From assembly GCA_964496415.1 (NCBI GenBank), contig CAZBZN010000003.1, positions 1-27,705 of the forward strand: a stretch of 27,705 nt of DNA, given 5' to 3'. Shown one piece after another: positions 7,823-16,984 of this stretch. The notes under the pieces were generated by a model. That model saw only the letters and a list, made by a program, of their open reading frames with translations, was not told where the DNA came from and did not search any database. The DNA is from Candidatus Micrarchaeota archaeon (GTDB taxonomy: Archaea > B1Sed10-29 > JAJRYS01). The translations under genes and the position numbers were made by a program. Position 1 is the stretch's first letter; every line of letters starts with the position of its first letter.

Positions 7823-10800
7823 ACAAAAACCTTAAAATGGCTTACTCAAGCATAATGATGCTGGTTCTCCTCACCACTGTTTTTTCTCCTTTTGCTTATG
7901 CTAAGCATGAAAAAGCAAGCATGCTTACAAGAGTTAACATTTTTGCCCAGGAAGCAGGAGAAGAAAAGCAAGAATGCGAGAACGTGTGGGTTGAAGAACT
8001 TGACTGGAAAGAATACCAAACCCTGCTAAACAGCACCATAAAGCGAATTGACGCCTGGGGAAACAAAGAACTAGGTGAAAGAGAAAAACAATTAGAAGAA
8101 AACGGGTTGGCAAGTAATCCTGAAGCAACCAACCTTAAAGACTATTACATTCCAGGAGTTGACGGAAGACCAGCATTGCTTTACGACGTTCTGAACAAGA
8201 AAGCAGTAGACCCAAACCAAGTATGCCACTTAAGCAACTTAGTAACGTCAAGTAGGATTGCTTATTCTACAAGAATAAAAGAACCAATAAGATACTGCGC
8301 TGGACAGGATCCTGCTTGTGAAGAAAAATCAACCGCAAGCGAAGTTGAAGAAATAAGCGACGTAGTAAACAAACTTAGCAAGCTCCATGAAAAAGCCATT
8401 GACGGTAAAGTTGAAGGTCATTGGCTTGGTTGGAACAGCCTGCTTGAGGCTTATGACAAAAGTGACTTAGTAAGGCAAACAGCAAACGAGCTCGGCTACT
8501 CAAGAGCACAAATAGAAGAATGGATTAACAACGAGGACTCTGGAAAAATAGCTGGCGTAATCGCTGAGATCAGCAGTTACTTAGGCTCTAAAATATCCGC
8601 AGGACCACAGAACTTCGCAGAAGCAAACGAAATAGAGTTCTTGACAAACTCAGACGCAGCATTCCTGTTCCCAGGAACTTACTTGGACTTCATAAACTTC
8701 ATCAGGTCATTCAAACCGCTTGATGATGCAATACTAATAATGACTCTGTTTGACATGGCGATAGGAGCAGCACAAGTAGCCAATTCTGCTAGAACTGCCT
8801 TGTCAAAAGGAGGAATGCTTAGCAAAATAAAAAACTTCTTAAGGTATGGCCGTGGGAACGGAGTCAAGATAATGGCAGAAGGATTAGACGAAGCAAAACC
8901 ATTATGGCAACAAACAGATGACCTTGCAAAATCCTGGAAGGACTTCACTAAAGCTGCTGAAAAAATGGGTGACAAAGTAGGGCCTAATAATCCAAAGTAT
9001 GTAAATTCAATTGATGATTTAATTGACCAAGTAAGAAAAATGGATATTGGAAGAAAAGAAGAACTAATTAATGCTCTTGAAGGTCTAAAAGGAGATTATT
9101 CAAAAGCTGGTGAAGTAAGAAACTTAATCTCACAAATAAAAGAAGCTAACAAGCCTCCTAAGGCTATTGGAGACCGCATAAGAGAAGCTATCAGGTTGAG
9201 AAGACAAACTATTACAAGAGGAGTTCCTGAGAAACCAGAAGTGGGTGCTGGAAGGTTAAGAAGACTTGGCTATGTGGTAGGATATGGTAGTACTGTTTTT
9301 ACTAATTTTGTAAGGCTAATGTTCGGAAACGCTTTTAAAGGCGTTTATGGATGGCTGTTAGTACAGTACAGCAGGGTTAACTTCTTTACAACTGCGTCAA
9401 TTTGGCTTAAGAACAAGCTCGTCTCAGGAGTATTCCAAGCAAACATCATGCACTTGGAGTTAAATACTAGCACTAAAAATTTTGCTTATACTCATGACTT
9501 ACAGCATTGGCTTGAAGTAAGGACAACAGTAAGCCGTCCTGACATGGCTAAGTATTATTCAAACTTATGGAACTTAATGCCTTTTGTTGACATCAAAGGA
9601 ACTGGAGACAAAGTATCTAATAAGATAAAAAGCATTCAAGACATCGTAGTAATTTATGATCAAGATGCTTATGCTGAGAAAAACAAAAGACCTGTGAACG
9701 TCATAAGAGTTAATGGAAGGGAATGGGATTTCTTCTCTTCTTATGATGACTCAAGCGTGATTTACAACTTCGAGCACCCCAGCGGGTATTACGGCGGAGG
9801 CTTGTCAGCGTTAGCTATGAGAATCAAAAACGTTAACGTCGGCGGGATACTTGCCGAAAGCTCTTCAGCATTTTCATATCCTCTTGCTGAAAAAGCATTA
9901 GGAGCAGGATATTGGTTTAGGGGAATAAGAAACGCGTTAGGAGTAGCTACCCTTCTCTCAGCAGCTCCTGCAGGAGCTTATGTTGCAGTTAACACTGTAA
10001 GTATAACTGCTGGAGTAATCACAGAAATAATAGTAGGACTCCTCGTATTTGAATTCGGTGGCTCTCAGAAGATTTATGATCAAGCAACAGCAAGTTATGG
10101 TTACTTTAGCAATCCTAAAGAAATTTACAGCACAGCAGACCCGCAAAAGATATGTAAAAACATTTTTGAATCTGAAAAAGGAAGCATAAAAAGGTTAAAG
10201 TGGACTATTCTTGCTTTTACAACAATTTCTCTTGGAGGAACCCTTACAGGATTTGCTCCTGCAGCAATAATAGGCTCTATTGGACAAATGGCTGCAATGC
10301 ACATCGAAAGTGAAAAAGAAGCAAACCTTGCTAATGCTCTTAAGAATTGTGTTGAGACTGATTTTGAAGCAGTGCTTGTCAAAAACATTCCTTCTTCAGA
10401 AGAAGTTCAAGAAACTAATGATGAATTGTTCAAGCCTGTGGAAGATAACGCGCTTAAGGTGCTGGATGCTTTTTCAATGCAGGGGCTTAATGATTTCTTG
10501 AAAAAGACAGCTAGTTTGAAAGTCCAGGTCTTGAACATTAACGGAGAACTATATGATAACAATACTGTGAGGGTTGTTGGAAGAGAGATTTATAATGTTC
10601 ACTTTAAGGATGGGACTATCAAGTGGTTCCAAGGTCCTGACTGTAATATTCAGTTATGTGAACAGGAGGCTTCAGGGGCTTATGCTTGCTTTGGGCAGAA
10701 CGGTTATTTCTTGCTTGACGAGGATGGTAATCCTTTGCTTGATGGGATTCCTCAGGCTTTAAGCATGAGAATGAATCTTGAAGAAGGGTATGATGGCTTA

Positions 10801-12027
10801 GTGCAGAAAGTGATTAACATAAAACAAAACGATAACGAGATGATGAAGATAAGCAGTGACTGGGTTAGTATTAGTGACTCTTGCTTGCTTTCAAGTATTT
10901 CTGAAGTAACGAAAATCCCAGTAGAACAGTTGAAGGATGTCAGCGTGTTAAGTTCTAAGCTTGGTGACTTTGACGCTGTTTATTCTCCAGAGGCTTTCAT
11001 TTGGATTGAAGGTGGAAAAGTAAACGTGTTGTCTTATGAGGATAAGAAGTGTGAGGGTGGTGACTTCTTAGGAAAAGGAGAAGTATTCAGGTTTGACTCT
11101 GATGAGATTTCGTTCACTCCTAATTCTGAAGGGACTATTAGAATCCTTGACAGTGACGGTAACACTTTGTGTTCTTTCAAGCTTAACTCTGAAGGCAGCG
11201 AAGGGGTGATTAATTTTGAAAACGCCATGCTTAGGAAAGGATTCTACCAGAGCGTTGGAGAGGATGATAACAAGAAGGAAGTTGATTACTCTGATGTTTA
11301 TCACTTGTTCATTTATGACTTGTTAAGCTTCCAGGCAAGTAATCTTGAGTATTTAAGCATTGAAGACATGTGCAGTATTGACCCTGAGACAGGGCAGTTA
11401 AGAGGAGTTAAGCTAATAGGTGGGTTAGGTGGTTATGATTCAGCTTACAGCGACCAATTGTCTTCATTGCTTCAGGATATTTGCTTTAACGAGTTCAAAG
11501 GACTTAACAACGAGCATGTGAGCATTAGGGATGGAAAGCTCTGTGTTGTTGATTCTGAAGGAAACGAAGAATGTTATGACATTGAAGGAGTGAGTGATGG
11601 GAGAATCCAGTTAAGTAATGGCTACAGCATGGGTGCTGGGGTTGACGACTCAGGAATTCCTTACCTGCAGCTTTATGATGCTAACGGCAATCCTTATGGT
11701 GCAAGAATCCCATTACTGTGGGCTACTGGGCTTGGAGGAACAATGATGTACAACCCGAACACTGGAAGTATTAGTATTAAGAACGAGTTCCCGTTCGCCA
11801 TAAACCCGTTGTTCAAGAATTACGGTGCAGGTGGATTAGGCTTGATGACTCCTCAGCTGCCTCCTTGGGGTGGAAGGGCAAAAGAAACAACTGAAGGTGG
11901 AAAGCCTCAGCCAAGCATTATTGCAAGGCTTCCTTGGACTCCTGAAAACAACTTAATGCTTGCAGTGTTCGTTACTATAATCTTAATGTCTGTGTTAATG
12001 ATAAGAAGAAAGGTTAGTAAGAGTTGA
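7819..12027 (+). CDS. Large (1402 aa) secreted/surface protein with internal hydrophobic helices and C-terminal sorting-like signal
   Basis: Signal peptide ending FAYA. Internal G/A-rich hydrophobic segments. Acidic, Cys-containing beta-rich C-terminal half. Ends LPWTPE-NNLMLAVFVTIILMSVLMI-RRKVSKS. Confidence 0.85.
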   Translation: MNKNLKMAYSSIMMLVLLTTVFSPFAYAKHEKASMLTRVNIFAQEAGEEKQECENVWVEELDWKEYQTLLNSTIKRIDAWGNKELGEREKQLEENGLASNPEATNLKDYYIPGVDGRPALLYDVLNKKAVDPNQVCHLSNLVTSSRIAYSTRIKEPIRYCAGQDPACEEKSTASEVEEISDVVNKLSKLHEKAIDGKVEGHWLGWNSLLEAYDKSDLVRQTANELGYSRAQIEEWINNEDSGKIAGVIAEISSYLGSKISAGPQNFAEANEIEFLTNSDAAFLFPGTYLDFINFIRSFKPLDDAILIMTLFDMAIGAAQVANSARTALSKGGMLSKIKNFLRYGRGNGVKIMAEGLDEAKPLWQQTDDLAKSWKDFTKAAEKMGDKVGPNNPKYVNSIDDLIDQVRKMDIGRKEELINALEGLKGDYSKAGEVRNLISQIKEANKPPKAIGDRIREAIRLRRQTITRGVPEKPEVGAGRLRRLGYVVGYGSTVFTNFVRLMFGNAFKGVYGWLLVQYSRVNFFTTASIWLKNKLVSGVFQANIMHLELNTSTKNFAYTHDLQHWLEVRTTVSRPDMAKYYSNLWNLMPFVDIKGTGDKVSNKIKSIQDIVVIYDQDAYAEKNKRPVNVIRVNGREWDFFSSYDDSSVIYNFEHPSGYYGGGLSALAMRIKNVNVGGILAESSSAFSYPLAEKALGAGYWFRGIRNALGVATLLSAAPAGAYVAVNTVSITAGVITEIIVGLLVFEFGGSQKIYDQATASYGYFSNPKEIYSTADPQKICKNIFESEKGSIKRLKWTILAFTTISLGGTLTGFAPAAIIGSIGQMAAMHIESEKEANLANALKNCVETDFEAVLVKNIPSSEEVQETNDELFKPVEDNALKVLDAFSMQGLNDFLKKTASLKVQVLNINGELYDNNTVRVVGREIYNVHFKDGTIKWFQGPDCNIQLCEQEASGAYACFGQNGYFLLDEDGNPLLDGIPQALSMRMNLEEGYDGLVQKVINIKQNDNEMMKISSDWVSISDSCLLSSISEVTKIPVEQLKDVSVLSSKLGDFDAVYSPEAFIWIEGGKVNVLSYEDKKCEGGDFLGKGEVFRFDSDEISFTPNSEGTIRILDSDGNTLCSFKLNSEGSEGVINFENAMLRKGFYQSVGEDDNKKEVDYSDVYHLFIYDLLSFQASNLEYLSIEDMCSIDPETGQLRGVKLIGGLGGYDSAYSDQLSSLLQDICFNEFKGLNNEHVSIRDGKLCVVDSEGNEECYDIEGVSDGRIQLSNGYSMGAGVDDSGIPYLQLYDANGNPYGARIPLLWATGLGGTMMYNPNTGSISIKNEFPFAINPLFKNYGAGGLGLMTPQLPPWGGRAKETTEGGKPQPSIIARLPWTPENNLMLAVFVTIILMSVLMIRRKVSKS

Positions 12028-12523
12028 TTAAAGTTATCTTCCAGGAAGCTGAACTGGTTTTTACTGTAAAGCTTGAAGTAAAAACTGTTTTCCCAGAAAG
12101 ACCAGGTTCTCCTTGCTTGCAGGTTATTTCAGGAGTACCTGGTGAAGGATTCTTGTTTTTGTAACAATAAAAAGAATCACCAGAACTTGAACTGAAAGTA
12201 ATCGTCGAGTTAGGGGAAGGAGAGTTGTCAAAGAAAGCTTTAATTGCTTTTCCTTTTCCTGAAAAATAATAAGCTACTTCATTAACTGGGTCATTTGAAG
12301 ATAGTCTTTCTTTAAGTCCTTGGATGAACCACTCTCCATCCTCATCTTTGATGTTAAAGTAAACAAGCACTGCGGAGCGAAGGTAATCATAATTATACAC
12401 TGCAGTGAACTGCTGGGAAGTATTAGAACCATAAACCTGTGAGATAAAATAAAGCAAAGAAGCACTAGCAGAAGCAATAAACATGAGGAACAACGCGTCA
12501 ACAATTGCTGCTTGAGCTTTCAT
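12014..12523 (-). CDS. Pilin-like protein with class III signal peptide
   Basis: Start moved from 12556 to ATG12523, which has a GGTGA SD upstream. Begins MKA|QAAIVDALFLMFIASASASLLYFI. Confidence 0.82.
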   Translation of the reverse strand: MKAQAAIVDALFLMFIASASASLLYFISQVYGSNTSQQFTAVYNYDYLRSAVLVYFNIKDEDGEWFIQGLKERLSSNDPVNEVAYYFSGKGKAIKAFFDNSPSPNSTITFSSSSGDSFYCYKNKNPSPGTPEITCKQGEPGLSGKTVFTSSFTVKTSSASWKITLINSY

Positions 12524-12533
12524 CTTATTCACC

Positions 12534-12893
12534 TTACTTAACGCACACGTAAGCAACAGCAGGTTGGTTGTTCTTAACCACTAAGTACTTTAGTTTTAAA
12601 ACATAGTCATTACTGCATTCATTGAAAGAAACATCATAACTAACGCCATATGATTTTGCTATTGGGTCTGCTTTCTTTTTCACTGAATTCAAGTCTCCTG
12701 TTATTCCTTCACTCATGAGTATTCTTCCAATGTCAATACCTGCCTTAAGCATTCTAAGAGCTTCTTGCTTTTGACTGTAAACATTGAAAGAGTAAGCAAC
12801 TGCTGAGAAAAACAACACTAATGATAAAACTATTGCTATTATTGAAGGCAAGTCATCGCCAACAGGACCAAGATATGCTTTTAACTTTAACAT
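12534..12893 (-). CDS. Pilin-like protein (atypical class III signal)
   Basis: MLKLKA|YLGPVGDDLPSIIAIVLSLVLFFSAV. Lies within the pilin run. Confidence 0.68.
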   Translation of the reverse strand: MLKLKAYLGPVGDDLPSIIAIVLSLVLFFSAVAYSFNVYSQKQEALRMLKAGIDIGRILMSEGITGDLNSVKKKADPIAKSYGVSYDVSFNECSNDYVLKLKYLVVKNNQPAVAYVCVK

Positions 12894-13375
12894 GCTTTTG
12901 ACTCACACCCCACTATTTCTAACGTGCTTCCTTTTTTTATTACTTTAACGTAATGGATTTTGTCAGAGTAAAAAGAAACCTCGTCACTGCATTGTGCTGC
13001 AGAGTTTTCTTTAAGGCATACTGTCAACCCTTGAGGCACATAAAGTATTGAAGCAGCAGTGTAACCTTTAGGGTTCTCGCCCCAGCCAACAGCAATACTT
13101 AAATAATCACCCGAATGCTGAAAGTAAACAGAATAAGTTCTTCCTCTTTCTTCAGGAATAGTTTTTGAAAGAGGCTTTAAACTAGAGACCTCTAAAGCTC
13201 CTGAAAAAACAGCTGACTGAACATGATCCTTCATTGTCTCAGCAGCAACTGCTGCTGAGTCAGAGTACATTTTTTCCTTAATAAGCAGTGAAAAAGCAGT
13301 AATAGTAGAGAAAGTAATTATTAAGAAGACAAGCATTGACATTTTTGAAAACAACCAAGTTGAAATCCCTTTCAT
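12887..13375 (-). CDS. Pilin-like protein with class III signal peptide
   Basis: MKG|ISTWLFSKMSMLVFLIITFSTITAF. Lies within the pilin run. Confidence 0.72.
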   Translation of the reverse strand: MKGISTWLFSKMSMLVFLIITFSTITAFSLLIKEKMYSDSAAVAAETMKDHVQSAVFSGALEVSSLKPLSKTIPEERGRTYSVYFQHSGDYLSIAVGWGENPKGYTAASILYVPQGLTVCLKENSAAQCSDEVSFYSDKIHYVKVIKKGSTLEIVGCESKAC

Positions 13376-13384
13376 AAAACCAAC

Positions 13385-13936
13385 TCACGGCAGAGTAATA
13401 TCAATCTCATCAGGAGCCTTCTTAGTAATCCTTAAAGAGTAATACTTTTTCTCAAACCAACAATCATCATAACCACTCAATGACTCCCACTCACCATAAT
13501 CAATTGAACTCAAGTCGCAATAACCCGACACCTGATTCCTCACCGTAACATCCCTTGGGATGTTAACTGCTTCAACAACAGCTTGGCCAGTAATCTTTCC
13601 TCCTTCTTCAACAGTAGCAATCACTACCAAACAGTCCTGCCTTCCGAATCTTGCATTGCAAAAATCAGGGCTTCCTTGCAAAATCCTAATATCTTTCACT
13701 TTACTAGTCACCTGTGAAGGTGGGGAAAAGTCAACGTCAACAATCAAGCTGCTTCCAACAGAACCCATGTAAACACTTTCAAGAGTCCTTGCAAGCTTAG
13801 AAATGCTTGCCTTAAGCTTCTGCTCGTACTGAGAAGAAGAAAGATTACTGTAAGCAAGCATTGCAATGACTAACACAAAAGCAAGCATTGTTACTCCAAT
13901 CAAAAGCTCTATAGGAGCTTCTTCCTGACCTTTCAT
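13385..13936 (-). CDS. Pilin-like protein with class III signal peptide
   Basis: MKG|QEEAPIELLIGVTMLAFVLVIAML, then an amphipathic helix and 'VYMGSVGSSLIVDV', as in archaeal minor pilins. Confidence 0.85.
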   Translation of the reverse strand: MKGQEEAPIELLIGVTMLAFVLVIAMLAYSNLSSSQYEQKLKASISKLARTLESVYMGSVGSSLIVDVDFSPPSQVTSKVKDIRILQGSPDFCNARFGRQDCLVVIATVEEGGKITGQAVVEAVNIPRDVTVRNQVSGYCDLSSIDYGEWESLSGYDDCWFEKKYYSLRITKKAPDEIDITLP

Positions 13937-13958
13937 GAATTAAGAAAAACAAACAAAG

Positions 13959-13966
13959 TATTTAAA
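13959..13966 (-). promoter_or_regulatory. Internal TATA box upstream of the 13936 pilin gene
   Basis: TTTAAATA on the minus strand ends 22 nt before ATG13936, the same spacing as at 3835. Confidence 0.55.
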
Positions 13967-13968
13967 GC

Positions 13969-14109
13969 TTAAAACAAAAGCAAAGGCGCTGCGGTCTGAG
14001 CATACTGCGCTGCCTGCTGAAACATCGGCTTTATTATTGCAAACAAAAGAATCGCTGCTATCGCAATTATTATCGCCAAGTATATCGGTGTCCAATTCTG
14101 CGCCTTCAC
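13969..14109 (-). CDS. Very small (46 aa) pilin with class III signal peptide, not in the ORF track
   Basis: Hand translation: GAGGGGG SD, GTG start, MKA|QNWTPIYLAIIIAIAAILLFAIIKPMFQQAAQYAQTAAPLLLF, TAA at 13971-13969. Fills the gap between two pilin genes and has the same MKAQ leader. Confidence 0.85.
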   Translation of the reverse strand: MKAQNWTPIYLAIIIAIAAILLFAIIKPMFQQAAQYAQTAAPLLLF

Positions 14110-14121
14110 AGTATTTCCCCC

Positions 14122-14532
14122 TCAAGGAAGAGTAACGTCTCCTATGCCAATATAACAAGTATCTGTAGTAGCATCACACTTTGTTTTTATCTTTGCTTTG
14201 AAGTTATTTTCAATAGTAACTGTTGTGTCCCCATTAGCGTTACATAGTACTGGTTCACAGTAAAACTCTATGTTAGTTCCAACTCCTCCAACAACATCAG
14301 CAAAAGATTCTCCAGAGTATTCTACTCCTGCCTGGAACTGTGCTTGAGATGTGCTTACGAAAGTAGAACCCTTATATTGGTAAGCTTTTGCAAGCTGATC
14401 TCTTATTATGTTAGTAGGGTCAGCTCCTGGAACAGTTATGCCTCCAAGAATGCTCATAAGTATTCCTAAAATAGCTACTGCCACTACGGCTGCTATCATT
14501 AGTTTGAAAGTGTCAAAAGCTTGGGCTTTCAC
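14122..14532 (-). CDS. Pilin, candidate major pilin
   Basis: GTG start with strong SD GAGGTGG (14545-14539). MKA|QAFDTFKLMIAAVVAVAILGILMSILGG. Has its own upstream TATA. Confidence 0.88.
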   Translation of the reverse strand: MKAQAFDTFKLMIAAVVAVAILGILMSILGGITVPGADPTNIIRDQLAKAYQYKGSTFVSTSQAQFQAGVEYSGESFADVVGGVGTNIEFYCEPVLCNANGDTTVTIENNFKAKIKTKCDATTDTCYIGIGDVTLP

Positions 14533-14571
14533 AGGAAACCACCTCTTTTGATTATGAAAAGAAAGTTTGTT

Positions 14572-14579
14572 TATTTAAA
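14572..14579 (-). promoter_or_regulatory. Internal TATA box upstream of the candidate major pilin
   Basis: aaac-C-TTTAAATA in the 59-bp gap, 39 nt before GTG14532, which leaves room for a short leader with the SD. Confidence 0.6.
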
Positions 14580-14591
14580 GGTTTAGCATGA

Positions 14592-14984
14592 CTAAGAGCA
14601 TGGCTTGTTTAAGTTTATCGTGCAGGAAGTTGTTGTCCCTGTCATTGTGCAGGTAACGCTTACTGGAATGTTTAGCTTCGTTATTGCTTCATATCCTTCA
14701 GTAGTATGCTGGAACCCCCCATTCTCCTTAATCGTGACCGTGACTCCTTCAAGGCTTGCTTCTAGTCCTTGTTCTGATATTATTTCTCCTTGTGAAAAGT
14801 AAACTTTTCTTTCAAAGCATTTTCCAGGCAGGGCTGTTGCTTGAGTAACTAAGTCCCTTACTGATTCAAAACCAGAGTAAGGAGGGTTAATCATTTCAAG
14901 TGCTCCGTAAATGATTACCAGTAATGCTAAGGCAAGTACTGATGCTATGAGCATTTTGAATACTGTGAATGCTTGTGCTTTCAT
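14592..14984 (-). CDS. Pilin, paralog of 14122..14532
   Basis: Start moved to ATG14984 (ATGA overlap with the upstream stop). MKA|QAFTVFKMLIASVLALALLVII. Shares QA...G...F..G and terminal C...C spacing with its neighbour. Confidence 0.85.
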   Translation of the reverse strand: MKAQAFTVFKMLIASVLALALLVIIYGALEMINPPYSGFESVRDLVTQATALPGKCFERKVYFSQGEIISEQGLEASLEGVTVTIKENGGFQHTTEGYEAITKLNIPVSVTCTMTGTTTSCTINLNKPCS

Positions 14985-16984
14985 ACTGCCACCGATATCA
15001 TTGAGCCAAACCAAGCTGAGATGAAGAACAGGAAGGTTGCTATTGGAAGGCTTTTTGCAATGTTTATGCTTAAAGCAATGTTGTTTTCAGGTTCTTCTAT
15101 TCTTGAAATAAAGTATAACAAGAGTAACGTGACTTCAATGACGTACAAGGCCATTATTAGTAAGAATACTGTTGGGCTTGGTACTGCTGAAAGCATTGAA
15201 GTGTCTCCCATTCTCATCATTGGAAGGCTTACTCCCTGTAGGTTTTGGGTCATTGCCTGCTGTCCTTCTATTGATTTTAAAGCTGAGATTATTATTTTTT
15301 GAAGAGCAGTTGTTATCCCTAAGACCAATGGCCCTATGAGGAATGCTATTGACTTCATCATTGCCGTGATTTCTCCTAAGAGCGTGATTATTTTTTCTTT
15401 TATTTTTTCAGAGTCTCTTAACTGCATTGAGAGGGAGATAAGTGACCTTGCTGCTTGTTGTACTCCTAAACTCATTGAATCAACTACTAACCTCATAGTG
15501 TTCCTGATGACTTCTGATGGAATGTTTTTCAACGAACCGTAGTTTGGGTCAAACAATGCTGCTTCTACCGTCATGCCAAGGTTTGAAATGTTATCATAAG
15601 TCTTTTTGAATAGTTCAGCTGTGTCTGATTTTGCAAGGAAGTTGGCAGTGTATGATATTGCTTCTTCTGCTGGCCTGTTTTCACCAAGCCTTGAAGCTAT
15701 CACATAGATTGAGTCTTGGAATTCCTTTTCCATGCTCATTATCTTTTTCTGGATTTTTCTTTTTGGCTTTGCTGAAGCGTACAAGTAAACGCTGGCGAAT
15801 ATTACTCCTGCCATTACTGCTCCTGCTATTTTAAAGAAAGGATAATAAGCTTTTATTGCTTCTGTGTCCCACGGTCTTGTATACAACGGGTTTGGGTTAA
15901 GTACTGGGTCTAAGAAGTAAGCAAAAACAAAGAACGTCAGTAATGCTGCTAGTAATGCAATAACTACTATTGGTACTTCTTTTTTACCTATCTTTATGAA
16001 TCCTTTTTTCGGAAGCCCTGGGTAAGTGTCTGGTATTTTTGGAGGAATGTACACTGGCGGTCTTTTTGAGAGAATGTTGTTTGCGAAAAAGAACACGAAC
16101 AAAGGAATCATCACGTTATACATCAATACTAAGTATTCTGTTTTTGCTAGTGGAAGTTTTGCCATCATTGCTCCTATTGGAAGCATTATGATAAGCATTA
16201 GTGGAAGCAATACTCCGACGTAATAAAGGTAGATGCTTGGCTGCCTCATTTCAGCAGCGTATTTGTTCATTTTTTCAGAGACTCCTTCAAGGGTTTCTTT
16301 TAAAGCTTTTTCAAGTATCATGTGTCTTTTTGCTTCGTCAACTTCCATTACTGATGACCTTATCAGCATTAAAGCATGCTTGAAGTCATCTGAGAAAGCA
16401 CCCCACTTGTACGCGAAGTCATCTAATCCTTCTTCAATGCTTTTGTATACTCCTATTTTAGTATTCCAAAGCATCGTCTTTAGGTCTTCTGCTATTTTTC
16501 CTTTGGCATGCTCTGCAGCAAACTCAACTGCTTTTTCAAGGTTAGGTGATAACTTCATCCTCATTACTAAATAATTCACTAGTTCTGGGATTGTTGTTAT
16601 TGCTTGCCTTCTGAAGTTTTCAGCAGCTCTTAGGATGTAAGTCTGGAAATACCATGACAAGAAAAAAGGCGTTATGAAACAAAAACCAAGCAAGTAAACT
16701 ACAACGTTAATGCTTACGATTCCTATGAAAGGAAGAGGATAACCAGTAATCGCTGAGTAAATTAACAGCCCTGCTAATGGAATGAACACTACAAGACCTA
16801 ATAATAAAGCCATTAATGCTGAAGCATTAACTTCTGCTGGTGTCAGCTTCCAGCCAAGAAACTCTAATGCTTGAGAGTATTCTCTTTTCTTGAATACTTC
16901 AGGAGCCTTAATGTGCCTTGCAGAGAACCTTGCAAAACGAATGTACCAGTTTTCATTTTTTCTTTCTTTTCTTTGCTTTTTCAA
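14981..16984 (-). CDS. Type IV pilus membrane platform protein (TadC/ArlJ-like, two T2SS-F domains)
   Basis: Two repeats of the soluble F-domain pattern ('LVMRMKLSPNLEKAVEF' and 'IASRLGENRPAEEAISY'), each with TM helices. Follows the ATPase. Likely start is TTG16984 after GGAGG; the track start is 17029. Confidence 0.88.
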   Translation of the reverse strand: MKKQRKERKNENWYIRFARFSARHIKAPEVFKKREYSQALEFLGWKLTPAEVNASALMALLLGLVVFIPLAGLLIYSAITGYPLPFIGIVSINVVVYLLGFCFITPFFLSWYFQTYILRAAENFRRQAITTIPELVNYLVMRMKLSPNLEKAVEFAAEHAKGKIAEDLKTMLWNTKIGVYKSIEEGLDDFAYKWGAFSDDFKHALMLIRSSVMEVDEAKRHMILEKALKETLEGVSEKMNKYAAEMRQPSIYLYYVGVLLPLMLIIMLPIGAMMAKLPLAKTEYLVLMYNVMIPLFVFFFANNILSKRPPVYIPPKIPDTYPGLPKKGFIKIGKKEVPIVVIALLAALLTFFVFAYFLDPVLNPNPLYTRPWDTEAIKAYYPFFKIAGAVMAGVIFASVYLYASAKPKRKIQKKIMSMEKEFQDSIYVIASRLGENRPAEEAISYTANFLAKSDTAELFKKTYDNISNLGMTVEAALFDPNYGSLKNIPSEVIRNTMRLVVDSMSLGVQQAARSLISLSMQLRDSEKIKEKIITLLGEITAMMKSIAFLIGPLVLGITTALQKIIISALKSIEGQQAMTQNLQGVSLPMMRMGDTSMLSAVPSPTVFLLIMALYVIEVTLLLLYFISRIEEPENNIALSINIAKSLPIATFLFFISAWFGSMISVAV

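Noticed and set aside
13940..14158. 72-aa track ORF (MLYWHRRRY...)
   Set aside because: Wrong frame. The same DNA encodes the 46-aa MKAQ pilin with an SD in another frame, and this ORF overlaps the upstream pilin.
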